Notes under the pieces: model-generated
The model's input: only the letters and a program-made list of their open reading frames with translations
What the model was told of the DNA's origin: nothing
Database searches by the model: none
DNA from: a virus
Virus record (IMG/VR): IMGVR_UViG_3300035008_000001
Location: 1-57,275 of that record
Direction: 5' to 3' (one strand)
DNA: 57,275 bases
Shown: in pieces, positions 43,719 through 53,205 of the stretch
Numbering within the stretch: the stretch's first letter is position 1
Layout: each line of letters begins with the position of its first letter
Translations under genes and position numbers: made by a program

Positions 43719-45025
43719 CCATCCAGTCCGCTCTTCAGGCCGTTGAGCCACACGATTCCCATGCCGCACTGCTTGCCGAGATCCTGGCCATCAACAGCGA
43801 GCTCTCTAACCTGCAGAGCAGGGTGAGCCGGCTCGCTCAAAAGATGGCGACCCGACAGGCAGCCGTGGCGTTCGACGAGTATTCGTCGGATGTGCTGCAG
43901 GCTGTCTCTGACGCGATGGGTAGGCCTGAGCGGGTCGCAGAGGACAGAGCGCTCGGTGATGCCCAGGTGACGGTGCGCGTCACCGGCGTGGACGACGTGA
44001 TGAGCAGCCGCAGGCATGTCATGCTCCATGGAACCGATGGACGCCCGCTCAATGCTCCGTGTGGGCTCTCCAACGTGGACGGCTCCGGTGAAGAGCGCGA
44101 ACCAGAAGGCTGGGACGAGAGCCAGATGGGCCCTTGGAGCCTGCGGGCGCAGGCCCGCGCTGAAGAGCGCGGCTACTGGCCTCCGAAGCCGGATAACATG
44201 GATGGTGGCGGCGATACCATGGAAGCTGCGCCCGCAATCATGGAACCTCCCTTGGAACCTGCTCCTCAAGCTCCTAAGGCAACACCCACGCCGCGCGTCC
44301 CGCAGTCCCCAGCGTGCCAAAGCGTCTTGACCCTATACGGCGACAGCGCGCTCACTCCTGCCGAGATCTCGCGTCACCTAAAAATCAATTCTTCCAGTGT
44401 CGGTTGCTACCTGTCGATGGGGAGGAAGGCCGGTGATCCTCGCGTGGTCAAGGGCGACGCTGCCCGGCGCCCCAAGGCGCCAGAGCAGCAGGAAGCTGAA
44501 GACGAGGTAGTGGACGTCGTCGAGACGGTCATCGTGCCCGTCGATGAATCTGCTCCCGAGCCTCAGGAGCCGGCGAGGCCGGTTCAGGCCAACGAGCCCG
44601 AGACCCGAATCTTCCGGCGCGTGCCGCGCTTCGAAGAGGACGAGGGCCCGGCCCGCCTGCGCATCCCCAGCGTTCCGGCGCCGGCTCCTAAAGCAAAGCC
44701 CGTGGAGGCGCCGGCGGAGGAGCCGCGGGGTACGCCCATGGACGATTTCCCCGCCGACAAGATCATGGACGTCGACGTCGAGTCCCTGAAGGTCCACGGC
44801 CCGTGGGGTTCGGTCGACGTGGTCAGGCCCTTCGCCAGGTCGCTTGAGCGGATGGTCGATGGCAACACCTATGACGTCGACACCCTTCGCGACCTCGGGC
44901 CCTGGCCGCGCACCGACGCCATGAAGGATCACTTCAGCGTCATGCGCCGCAAGCTGGCCGCCGTCGGGATCGACCTCGTGTCCGTGAACAAGTTCATGTT
45001 CCGCGTCCGCCGAGTGGAGGGCTGA
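43715..45025 (+). CDS. Hypothetical 436-aa protein with Pro/Glu-rich linkers
   Basis: Long ORF with ATGA coupling. No domain recognised. Confidence 0.6.
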   Translation: MTIQSALQAVEPHDSHAALLAEILAINSELSNLQSRVSRLAQKMATRQAAVAFDEYSSDVLQAVSDAMGRPERVAEDRALGDAQVTVRVTGVDDVMSSRRHVMLHGTDGRPLNAPCGLSNVDGSGEEREPEGWDESQMGPWSLRAQARAEERGYWPPKPDNMDGGGDTMEAAPAIMEPPLEPAPQAPKATPTPRVPQSPACQSVLTLYGDSALTPAEISRHLKINSSSVGCYLSMGRKAGDPRVVKGDAARRPKAPEQQEAEDEVVDVVETVIVPVDESAPEPQEPARPVQANEPETRIFRRVPRFEEDEGPARLRIPSVPAPAPKAKPVEAPAEEPRGTPMDDFPADKIMDVDVESLKVHGPWGSVDVVRPFARSLERMVDGNTYDVDTLRDLGPWPRTDAMKDHFSVMRRKLAAVGIDLVSVNKFMFRVRRVEG

Positions 45026-45026
45026 T

Positions 45027-46169
45027 ATGGCGGTCTCCATCCTCGTCGGCGATGTCCGTGAAAGGCTCCGCGAGCTGCCGACGGCTCACTTCGACTGTGT
45101 TGTGACCAGCCCTCCCTATTGGGGGCTGCGGGACTATGGCGTATCCGGCCAGATCGGGCTTGAGCCGACGCTCGGCGAGCATCTGGACGTGATGGCTTCC
45201 GTCTTCCGCGAAGTGTGGCGCGTGCTGAAGCCTCACGGCACGCTCTGGCTGAACTACGGCGACTGCTATGCGGCGCAGCCCAATGGGCGCGCGGCGGCCG
45301 ACGTGCAGGGCGATAACCGAACGTTCCGCGACAAGCCATTCTCCACTGTAGGGCCAATCTATGGTGCCAGCCGCGGCAACCAGTCCGACGACCCGAAGCG
45401 CAGGGGGCTGAATGCCCCCGCTGGCAGGATCATTGCCGGCGGACACTTGAAGCCGAAGGACCTCTGCATGATCCCGAACCGGCTCGCCATCGCCTTGCAG
45501 GATGACGGTTGGTATGTCCGCTCTGAGATCATCTGGCACAAGCCGAACCCGATGCCGGAATCGGTCTACGACAGACCTACCTCCGCGCACGAGAAGATCT
45601 GGCTGCTTACGAAGGGCGAGGACTACTTCTACAACCATGTGGCCATCCGCGAGCCTGTGACGGGCGGCGCTCATGCTCGCAAGCCAGGGCCGAACAGCCG
45701 TCAGGCTGTCGATCGCGTTCCTCGATCGAGGAAACTTGGAGTCGGCCCGAGATCGGCATCTGAGGATGATGCTTTTCGGAAGGCCAAAGGCTCATTTCAT
45801 TCTTCGACCCTTGACCTGACGGAAACCCGCAACTCCCGGAATGTCTGGACCATCGCGCCGAGGCCTTTCCGCGAGGCTCACTTCGCCACCTTCCCGCCGG
45901 CGCTGGCCGAGCGCTGCATTAAGGCTGGCGTGCCCCAGACCACGTGCGCGGCTTGCGGCGCGGTCGATCACTGCGGCGGTCTGTGTGAGGTCCTAGGACG
46001 GATACCCGGGCACGTCCTGGATCCCTTCGGCGGCGCCGGCACTGTCGGTCTCGTCGCGCAGCAGCTTGGGCCTGATTGCACCCTCATCGAACTGAACCCG
46101 GAGTATGCCGCCATCGCCGAGCGGCGGATCTTCGGGCAGGTCCCTGTCATCCCCGAGGCCGCGGAGTGA
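45027..46169 (+). CDS. Beta-class N6-adenine/N4-cytosine DNA methyltransferase (N6_N4_Mtase)
   Basis: Motif IV 'VVTSPPYW' precedes motif I 'LDPFGGAGTVG'. A Cys-rich insert 'CAACGAVDHCGGLC' is present. Confidence 0.85.
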   Translation: MAVSILVGDVRERLRELPTAHFDCVVTSPPYWGLRDYGVSGQIGLEPTLGEHLDVMASVFREVWRVLKPHGTLWLNYGDCYAAQPNGRAAADVQGDNRTFRDKPFSTVGPIYGASRGNQSDDPKRRGLNAPAGRIIAGGHLKPKDLCMIPNRLAIALQDDGWYVRSEIIWHKPNPMPESVYDRPTSAHEKIWLLTKGEDYFYNHVAIREPVTGGAHARKPGPNSRQAVDRVPRSRKLGVGPRSASEDDAFRKAKGSFHSSTLDLTETRNSRNVWTIAPRPFREAHFATFPPALAERCIKAGVPQTTCAACGAVDHCGGLCEVLGRIPGHVLDPFGGAGTVGLVAQQLGPDCTLIELNPEYAAIAERRIFGQVPVIPEAAE

Positions 46170-46172
46170 TCC

Positions 46173-47366
46173 ATGGCCACAACCGGCAACAGCCAGGCGT
46201 TCGACGAGTGGGTTGAGGAAGCCCGCAAGGTCTCAATTCTCGACGAGCTCGGGCGCCGCGGCGTCACTATGAAGGGCACCGTCGAGCGTTCTGGCCCGTG
46301 CCCGGCGTGTGGCGGTACCGACCGGTTCAGCATCAACACCCGCAAGAACATCTTCAACTGCCGCGGAGCCGGTGGAGGCGACGTCATCGCCATGGTCGAG
46401 CATCTGGACAGCTGCGAGTTCCTGGCCGCCTGCGAGACCCTGACCGGACGGCCGCCTCCGGGGCGCGACCAGGCCGAGACGGACGAAGAGCGCAGCGCGC
46501 GTGAAGCGCGCCTCGCAGCGCGCGCTGAGCAGCGCCGCATTGAGGAAGCCGATGCCCGGGCGCGAGAGGACCGGGAACGGCAGGAGACGCAGGAGAGTGT
46601 CGAGCGGCTCTGGCAGACTGCCAAGCCGATCACCGGCACCCCTGCGGCCACCTACCTCGAAGCACGCGGCCTGACGCCGCCAGCGCGTCTGACGCAGGAC
46701 CTGCGCTTCGTGCCGGATCTTGGCTACCACGGCTTCGCCAATGCCGCGGCGGACAGGCCGTCCCCCCTTGGATCCTATCCCGCCATGCTGGCCGCGATCC
46801 GCGCTGTGGACGGCACCATCATCGGCCTGCACCGGACCTACCTTGACCCCTCGAAGCCCCGGAAGCTGACGCCTCCCGGCGACAGAAAGCGCAACAAGGC
46901 GAAGAAGGTGATGGGCGATGCCAAGGGCGGCATTGTCCGCCTGGGCGACGTCGGCGAGACGCTCGCGATCGGGGAGGGGATCGAGACTGTCCTCTCCTGG
47001 TACGTTCTCGGGCTTGTCGACTTCGATGTCAGCCTCGCCACATCTGTCAGCCTCGGGAATCTCTCGGGCGGTGCGGCAGGCAGCGTGCCGCATCCGAAGA
47101 TGAAGCGCCCTGATGGTAGTCCTCTCCCAATTCCGAACGGCGTGCCCGACTTCGACAAGCCCGGCGTGATCCTGCCGGCGCAGGTGCGCCGTGTCATCCT
47201 GATCGGCGACGGTGATAGCGACGCCGAAACGACCAGGGCTCGCCTTCTCGTGGCGGCCAAGCGCTTCCACCAGCAGGGCAGGGAGGTCTCCGTCTCCATG
47301 GCGCCCGACGGCTCTGACTTCAACGACTGTCTTCTCAGAGAACTCGGAATCGAGGCTGCGGCATGA
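46173..47366 (+). CDS. Primase: zinc-ribbon plus Toprim-like domain
   Basis: 'GPCPACGGTDRFSINTRKNIFNCRGAGGGDVIAMVEH' and a C-terminal 'VILIGDGDSD' Toprim-like acidic motif. Confidence 0.7.
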   Translation: MATTGNSQAFDEWVEEARKVSILDELGRRGVTMKGTVERSGPCPACGGTDRFSINTRKNIFNCRGAGGGDVIAMVEHLDSCEFLAACETLTGRPPPGRDQAETDEERSAREARLAARAEQRRIEEADARAREDRERQETQESVERLWQTAKPITGTPAATYLEARGLTPPARLTQDLRFVPDLGYHGFANAAADRPSPLGSYPAMLAAIRAVDGTIIGLHRTYLDPSKPRKLTPPGDRKRNKAKKVMGDAKGGIVRLGDVGETLAIGEGIETVLSWYVLGLVDFDVSLATSVSLGNLSGGAAGSVPHPKMKRPDGSPLPIPNGVPDFDKPGVILPAQVRRVILIGDGDSDAETTRARLLVAAKRFHQQGREVSVSMAPDGSDFNDCLLRELGIEAAA

Positions 47367-48697
47367 ACGCGATCCCATCCATCAAGTCCTTCGAGCAGTT
47401 CGAGCGCGAGACGACCGCGCTGATCAAGCCGTTCCAATCCCGGTTCGGCGCCATCCCTTGGAGCGAGCGCCACGCCCCCCGTGCATCCAAGCACGAGTGG
47501 TTGATCAAGAACGTCATCACCAGGGGTGAACAGGGCATGCTGGTCGGGGCATCCCAGTCTGGCAAATCCTTCCTCGCCATCGATCTAGGCATGGCCGTCG
47601 CCCGCGGCACCCCCTGGTTCGGCAACAAGAGCCGGCAGGGCTTGGTGATCTACCAAGCGGGCGAGAGCGCCAAGGGCGTGCGCGACAAGCGCATCCCAGC
47701 CTATGAGGAGCGGCACGGGCTGCGGAGCGACAACAGCCTGCCCTTCGTCCTGCTGACCCTGCCGATCGACCTGTACGCCTCGGATGAGGACTGCGACGCA
47801 CTCATTGCCGAGTGCCGCCATTGGGATGAACAGTTCCCCGACGTTAAGCTCGAGCTCCTCGTTATCGACACCTTCAGCGCGGCCACGCCTGGCGCAGACG
47901 AAAACGGTAGCAAGGACGTCTCGGCGATCCGCCGGCGCTGCAAGAAGCTGGAACTAGCTCTGGGCTGCACTGTCCTCCTCGTCCACCACAAGAATGCCGC
48001 GGGCACCAAGGCCCGCGGGCATTCCAGCATGTTCGCCGACGTCGAGAACGTCCTCGATGTCTCGCTGGTCGAGGTCGACAGCGGCAAGAATGGAAAGAAT
48101 CCGATCATCGCCAAGGACGCCAACGGGCGGAAGATCCGCGAGGCGGTGATCACCAAGCTGAAAGACGGCGCGGACAGCAAGACCTTCCGGTTCGTCCTGC
48201 CCCAGGTGAAGATTGGCGTGGACGAGGATGGCGACGAGATCACCTCCTGCGTCGTGGACCTGCCCGACGAGGGCGCTCTGGCCGGGATCGAGCGGGACAA
48301 GCCCCAGGACACCAAGAAGCTATCCGACCGCGTCTACAACTACTTCATGTCGGTCCAGGAAGCGATCGAGGAACACGGCGAGGCGCCGCCTGACAAGATC
48401 AGACTGCCGGGCGGAATCCGGGTCGTTCACAAGGACCGCGTGCGGGACGCCTTCGCCATGAAATGGATGGGCGAGGAGCCTGAGGGCGACAAGCGGAACG
48501 CCGCTCTCAGGCAGGCCCGCAAGTTCTGTGGCGAGAAGCTGATCGCGCTTGGACTAATCGGCTCGAGCGATCCTTGGGTCTGGCTGACCGGCAAGGAGCT
48601 GAGGGGCGGAAAGAAGGGGCAGGCCACGCCGACCGGAGAGCCCGCGCCCGTCACGCAATGGAACCCCGATGTCACGGAAGATGAGGTGCCCTGGTGA
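47363..48697 (+). CDS. RecA-fold AAA_25/RepA-like replicative helicase
   Basis: Walker A 'GASQSGKSFLAIDL' and Walker B 'LLVIDTF'. Follows the primase with ATGA coupling. Confidence 0.7.
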   Translation: MNAIPSIKSFEQFERETTALIKPFQSRFGAIPWSERHAPRASKHEWLIKNVITRGEQGMLVGASQSGKSFLAIDLGMAVARGTPWFGNKSRQGLVIYQAGESAKGVRDKRIPAYEERHGLRSDNSLPFVLLTLPIDLYASDEDCDALIAECRHWDEQFPDVKLELLVIDTFSAATPGADENGSKDVSAIRRRCKKLELALGCTVLLVHHKNAAGTKARGHSSMFADVENVLDVSLVEVDSGKNGKNPIIAKDANGRKIREAVITKLKDGADSKTFRFVLPQVKIGVDEDGDEITSCVVDLPDEGALAGIERDKPQDTKKLSDRVYNYFMSVQEAIEEHGEAPPDKIRLPGGIRVVHKDRVRDAFAMKWMGEEPEGDKRNAALRQARKFCGEKLIALGLIGSSDPWVWLTGKELRGGKKGQATPTGEPAPVTQWNPDVTEDEVPW

Positions 48698-49446
48698 ATT
48701 ATTCGCACGATTTATCACGGGCAGATGATGAGTTGTCACGCGACCTGTCACGCCGTGACGAGCCTGAAGGCCCCTATGAGGTCCCGCCTCTCTGGAACGC
48801 CGGCCACGTAGCACATCGCCTGATCCATGCCTTCGACGTGCTGATGGCCACCACCGGCAGGATCGCCCCGTCAGCGTACGGCGGCGGCTGGCCGACGGCC
48901 CTGAGGGAGTTCTCGGACCTGATCGACGAGCAGGCCATGAAGGCCGCGCGGGATGCCTTTGCCGAGAACCTCCGGCGCCCGACGGCCGAAGAGATCAGCA
49001 TGTCCGACGAGGCGCTGGCCTGGCCGATGACGTACGCCAGCCACGAGCCGATGGCCTGCGATGCGGTCCTGCTCTGGGCCATGTGCAAGGCAGGCGGTTT
49101 CTCGATCGCCGGAGTGCTGCGGGAGCGGAACGTCAAGGCGAAGGCCATGGCCGCCCGAATGGCGACCGCGGAGCTTCAGCGCGCCAAGGCTCCGCTGCTC
49201 GATGAGGCGAGGGCGCTCCTTGCCCGTGCGCAAGATCTAAAGGCCAGAGGGGAATCGGACCCGGAGATCGGTCGCCAAGGGCAGGAGATCAAGGACCAGA
49301 TCCAAGCCATACGAGCGCCGCTCATTCTGCCCTGGCAGGCGCTGCCGGAGAAGATCCTCAGCCGGACCTCCCTCGATCGCTACCTGCCCGCCGGCCTCTC
49401 GTACTTGGCCGAGCAGCTCCACCGCGCGCACGTGCCCGTGCGCTGA
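48694..49446 (+). CDS. Hypothetical protein (replication-module associated)
   Basis: GTG start overlapping the helicase stop. 250 aa. Confidence 0.55.
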   Translation: MNYSHDLSRADDELSRDLSRRDEPEGPYEVPPLWNAGHVAHRLIHAFDVLMATTGRIAPSAYGGGWPTALREFSDLIDEQAMKAARDAFAENLRRPTAEEISMSDEALAWPMTYASHEPMACDAVLLWAMCKAGGFSIAGVLRERNVKAKAMAARMATAELQRAKAPLLDEARALLARAQDLKARGESDPEIGRQGQEIKDQIQAIRAPLILPWQALPEKILSRTSLDRYLPAGLSYLAEQLHRAHVPVR

Positions 49447-49458
49447 AAGGAGACAGCC

Positions 49459-49560
49459 ATGACCGACATCCTGCTTATCATCATTGCAGTGCTGCTGTTC
49501 CTTACCCTGGTCACGGCAGAGGGGATCCGGAAAGAGCTCGCGAAGGGGAGGGCGGAGTGA
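49459..49560 (+). CDS. 33-aa single-TM micro-protein
   Basis: aaggaga RBS. 'MTDILLIIIAVLLFLTLVTAEGIRKELAKGRAE'. The stop overlaps the next GTG start. Confidence 0.5.
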   Translation: MTDILLIIIAVLLFLTLVTAEGIRKELAKGRAE

Positions 49561-49892
49561 CCGCGCGCGCTCCGAAGCCCTTGCCGCCACCGACGATGGA
49601 GGAACGCGCCGTCGCGGCCAAGGCGGCTCGCGCGCTCCAAGCTGCCATCGCGGACCCGACCACGGTGGGCGAGAAGATGGTGGCGCATATCGACTACACC
49701 CGCGCCCGCAGCGAGTGGATCACGACCTGGGAGAACCTGCCGGGGTTCATGCGGATCAACGGAGGGCGCTACATCCACGCCTCTCTACCGGGGTGGCAGT
49801 ACTCGCGCCGGGAGGTCCAAGCCGAAATGATCCCCGATCTGGAGGCGTTGGCCGAGCGCGGCGAGCGCCCGACCGAGGCGACGAGCGCATAG
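49557..49892 (+). CDS. Hypothetical protein
   Basis: 111 aa, GTGA coupling. Confidence 0.5.
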   Translation: MTARAPKPLPPPTMEERAVAAKAARALQAAIADPTTVGEKMVAHIDYTRARSEWITTWENLPGFMRINGGRYIHASLPGWQYSRREVQAEMIPDLEALAERGERPTEATSA

Positions 49893-50054
49893 AGGGTGGC
49901 GGTTCGACTCCGCAGGGAAGGCGACGGTGGCCGGCGGTCGAGTGCCGGAAGTCGAGAGGGGTGTGGTGCCCAGGCGCGTGCAGGTGCAGCCGAAGCCTTC
50001 CTGATACATTAGTTCTTATAGATGCGGGGCTAACTCCTCAGCAGCGAATAGGCC

Positions 50055-51425
50055 TTATCTTCCCGGCATCAGTCGATCTACGATCCGATTTGCGGTAACT
50101 GAAACGATCCGCTCGCGCGAAAGCGACCCGCTCCTCAATGCCGCAAATGATTGCATTTCCTCGTCCGTCATTTCGGCCCCTAGGCAGTAACGCCACCACT
50201 TCATTAGCCAAGCCAAGCCGCGCTGCTCATGCTCGTTGGGAACAGGGCCCCGAAGCGCGAGCGGGTCCATGACGTCTTCAAGTGCCAGAGTTCCGATCTT
50301 CGCCTTAACAAATAGATCAGGATGAGAGACCTTTAGAACGCACAAGCCGGCCAAGATCGGAGGCGCATTCATGACATTTCCGATAAACGCAAGGCTAATC
50401 GCTACAGTGGTCATCACCCTCTCTACCGTTCTCAGGCTGAACTCACGGGCATTTGCGATGCGCGCGAGTTCTTCGATCAAAGTATCGATATTTGGTGCCC
50501 GAAGATCGAGAGATTGGGCGAGCTGGTCGACATAGAAGCCGGGCGTTCGACGGTTTGGATCCTGCGGGGTATCCACCAGCGGAACAATCAGGTGAATGAA
50601 TTTTTCAAGGTAGAGCCTTGCATCGATGTTAGAACCATAGGCACTCGACACAGAGTTTTGCAACTGACCTAGGTGAACGCCGAGAACGAAGTGGACGTTC
50701 TCGACTGAGAAGAAGTGCTTGATACGCTCGAGCACCTGCAGCGCAAACACCGGGCGGCAGCGATCAAGCTCATCGATGATAAAGATCAAAGGTTTGGCTT
50801 CCGCGCTGTCGTTGTCGCCTGCATCAGGAGGGGCGGCGAGCAGTGAGGGAAGCTCGGACAGGGCATCCCGGAACTGACGAATTGAGTCCTTCTGCTCTTT
50901 CTGCCGATTCAGGATGTCTTCGACATGCTTATCGAAGATCTTTTCCGCCTCCGCACCGGCGGCTTCGATAACCTTGTCGACTGTGTCTCCCAAATCGACA
51001 GTATCAACCATTCCGAAGGTCGCCGCCTTGACACCCAGCCTGACGCTGGAGCTCGCAATGACCTTCGCAACGCCTTTCGCCTTGCTGACGAACCTTTGCG
51101 CCTGGGCAGTCTCGGTTTGTCTCTTCTCCGCTGCCAGGGCGATGATCTGGCCAGCGATGGCAAGGAATGCATCCTCAAAGTAGTCGTGCTCGAACGCATC
51201 AAAGTAGACCACCGGGAAGCCGGCGTTCCGGAGGTCCCCCGCCCACATCTTCAGGAAGGTGGTCTTGCCGCTGCCCCACTGCGCATCGAGCGCGATCACG
51301 AGGGGATCTTGAACCGCGCCCACGAAGTGGGTCAGCCCCTTGCCTAGCGGCGCTCTGGCAAAGAGATCCTTGGCTGAGAAGCCCTCGGTTTCTGTGATGT
51401 TCAAGTCAGGCGGGAAGATCTTCAT
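50055..51425 (-). CDS. KAP-family P-loop NTPase (no obvious TM insert)
   Basis: Walker A 'LDAQWGSGKTTFLKMW' and Walker B 'LIFIIDELDRCRP'. 456 aa. The coding sequence is AT-richer than its neighbours and lies on the opposite strand to both flanks. Confidence 0.8.
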   Translation of the reverse strand: MKIFPPDLNITETEGFSAKDLFARAPLGKGLTHFVGAVQDPLVIALDAQWGSGKTTFLKMWAGDLRNAGFPVVYFDAFEHDYFEDAFLAIAGQIIALAAEKRQTETAQAQRFVSKAKGVAKVIASSSVRLGVKAATFGMVDTVDLGDTVDKVIEAAGAEAEKIFDKHVEDILNRQKEQKDSIRQFRDALSELPSLLAAPPDAGDNDSAEAKPLIFIIDELDRCRPVFALQVLERIKHFFSVENVHFVLGVHLGQLQNSVSSAYGSNIDARLYLEKFIHLIVPLVDTPQDPNRRTPGFYVDQLAQSLDLRAPNIDTLIEELARIANAREFSLRTVERVMTTVAISLAFIGNVMNAPPILAGLCVLKVSHPDLFVKAKIGTLALEDVMDPLALRGPVPNEHEQRGLAWLMKWWRYCLGAEMTDEEMQSFAALRSGSLSRERIVSVTANRIVDRLMPGR

Positions 51426-51757
51426 GGTGTTTCTAACGCCGAGATTGGTGGTAATTTGGCGCCCGTTCTATCGCCTCAGTCCGTCCTGAAGCCATCGGCA
51501 CAAAGCCGCATTGACGGGAAAATGTTGCTTTATCCTTACAGCAACTGAGGCTCGGCCATTCGCATCTAAGGCCTTCCAGTTGCAAAACCTTTTGCCGTCC
51601 ATTCGCAACTGGAAAGCTATAAGCATGATTCTAAAAGGGAAATTTTGGGTGGTGACACCCGCCCCGGTTTGAGGCATCAAATCTATCAACGTCGCGAGAG
51701 TCATGAATTGAGCGCCTGACGCGCCCCTCGCACCCCCTCAAATTTCAGAGCTTTCAC

Positions 51758-52084
51758 ATGGCACGTCTGGGCATGGCAGGTCTGGCGATGGCTGCGGCCG
51801 TCGCCACGATGGGCAATATCGGCTTGGCCAAGGCGGCGCCTCGTCCGATGAGCCGGAAGGAAATCGAGCGGCTTGACCCGCCCATGCCGGAGCTGCTGCC
51901 GGCGATCCTGCCCCAGGCGGTGACCAGCACGATAGACACGATGGCCGAGAAGCGCCGCCTGGCGCGGCTGCCGGCCGGCGAGCGTCAGATCATGGGTGCC
52001 GCCGAGGCGAAGCGCGAGCGGCAGCAGATGCGCCGCCTGTCATGGGCTTCAGCCGGCGGCGACACGACCTGGGCTGAGACATGA
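51758..52084 (+). CDS. Hypothetical protein with signal-like N-terminus
   Basis: 'MARLGMAGLAMAAAVATMGNIGLAKA'. 108 aa. Confidence 0.45.
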   Translation: MARLGMAGLAMAAAVATMGNIGLAKAAPRPMSRKEIERLDPPMPELLPAILPQAVTSTIDTMAEKRRLARLPAGERQIMGAAEAKRERQQMRRLSWASAGGDTTWAET

Positions 52085-52248
52085 GCAAGCAGACATCGTC
52101 GAGGATATCCTCGCTGGCTGCGCGCGTGCTCGCCGGCTACGAGCCCACCCGCGAAGAGATCGAGGCCCTGGCCGCATCTGCGCTCTCCCAGGATGAGACG
52201 AAGGGGCAGGGCACGAAGAAGTTGGCGCGACCGACGGACGAGGCTTAG
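52081..52248 (+). CDS. 55-aa hypothetical protein
   Basis: ATGA coupling. Below the ORF-track cutoff. Confidence 0.4.
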   Translation: MSKQTSSRISSLAARVLAGYEPTREEIEALAASALSQDETKGQGTKKLARPTDEA

Positions 52249-52404
52249 GCCCGTGAGATGAACAGGTGTGGAGCGGGAGAACTCGCAAAAGGCTTTCGAG
52301 TCTTTTCGAGTTCGAAGACCGCCGATCCGAAGCATCAAGCCGGGGAGGGAAGCGAGCGGTCGAGATCGCGTCAGCCTGAGAGACTTAATGGGTTGGAGAA
52401 GTTT

Positions 52405-52665
52405 ATGAGCACTATGCGGGCCAAGATGCGCGTCGGTTCTGTGTTCCCTTACAGGAACGACAAAGGCGACACAGTGAGCGAGCAGCTCACCTTTCACGGG
52501 GTCGCCAAGAGCGGGAGCTATCCTGCTGACGGCAGTGACGAGAACAACACGTTCGCCAAGTTCTCACCATCAGTGAACCTGCAGATCATCGTCGCTAATC
52601 CGGCGTTGTTCGACAAATTCAAGCCGGGCGACACGTTCTACGTCGACTTCACTCCCGCCGAGTAA
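52405..52665 (+). CDS. Hypothetical 86-aa protein
   Basis: ggagaag RBS. 'MSTMRAKMRVGSVFPYRNDKGD...'. Confidence 0.55.
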   Translation: MSTMRAKMRVGSVFPYRNDKGDTVSEQLTFHGVAKSGSYPADGSDENNTFAKFSPSVNLQIIVANPALFDKFKPGDTFYVDFTPAE

Positions 52666-53152
52666 TTGCCAGCCGGGCATTGCCTGGGGAGAGCCGCGAG
52701 AGGCCAAGCAGCAGTGAGCTGAGAATGACCCGCAGCCCCATCGATGGTCTTTTCGCTGAGCCATCGGGAACAGCGGCACAAGAATCGCCTGCCAAAAGCA
52801 GGCCACGAAACGTCGCGAGATGAGCGATAACCGGCGTCGGCATCCGCCGGCTGTCAACGTCTCATCCATCGATCGGAGCCAACAAAATGTACCGTCATGG
52901 GCATAGTCCATCACGGTGTCACGGCAGCGGGAAAGCGAACTCCTTCAAGGGCTTGCGCAGATCCTCCCGCCCGATCCAGGTGTAAGGGTAATTCCAAACA
53001 CCACGCGACGGCCTATTGACCACCCGATTGACAGGAGGCAACACTCCTTCTGCCGATCATCAAGCGACAGCGCAGATAGGCAGCTTCATCAAGCTCTCAC
53101 CTGGTCGACGCGCCGCCCAAGCGGCGACGGCGAGCCAATCCAGAGAGAACCT

Positions 53153-53181
53153 GCAACGTCTCAGCTAGCCGCAACGTCTCA
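53153..53181 (+). repeat. Two 11-nt direct repeats GCAACGTCTCA upstream of the late operon (third 10-nt copy at 52855-52864)
   Basis: Exact copies at 53153-53163 and 53171-53181, 25-53 nt upstream of the GTG at 53206. Confidence 0.7.
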
Positions 53182-53205
53182 AGGTTATGTATCCGCGAGG
53201 TTTCC

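Noticed and set aside
46233-47378. 381-aa minus-strand ORF (and 45968-46651, 46838-47494) antisense to the primase gene
   Set aside because: These are shadow ORFs. The primase frame has zinc-ribbon and Toprim-like motifs and ATGA coupling.
49842-49925. tRNA-like stretch: GGAGGCGTTGGCCGAGCG... (type II tRNA-like 5' end) followed by a GGTTCGACTCC T-loop
   Set aside because: The 3' strand after the T-arm (GGGAAGG) cannot pair with the putative 5' acceptor (GGAGGCG). The T-stem has only 4 bp. Most of the stretch is the coding 3' end of 49557-49892. At most it is an att- or tRNA-fragment remnant, as mentioned under the KAP island finding.
51468-51704. 78-aa minus-strand ORF upstream of the KAP NTPase (possible partner gene)
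   Set aside because: It has no RBS and a non-coding-like composition. It is built across the inverted and direct repeats of the promoter region. It is retained only as a low-probability alternative.
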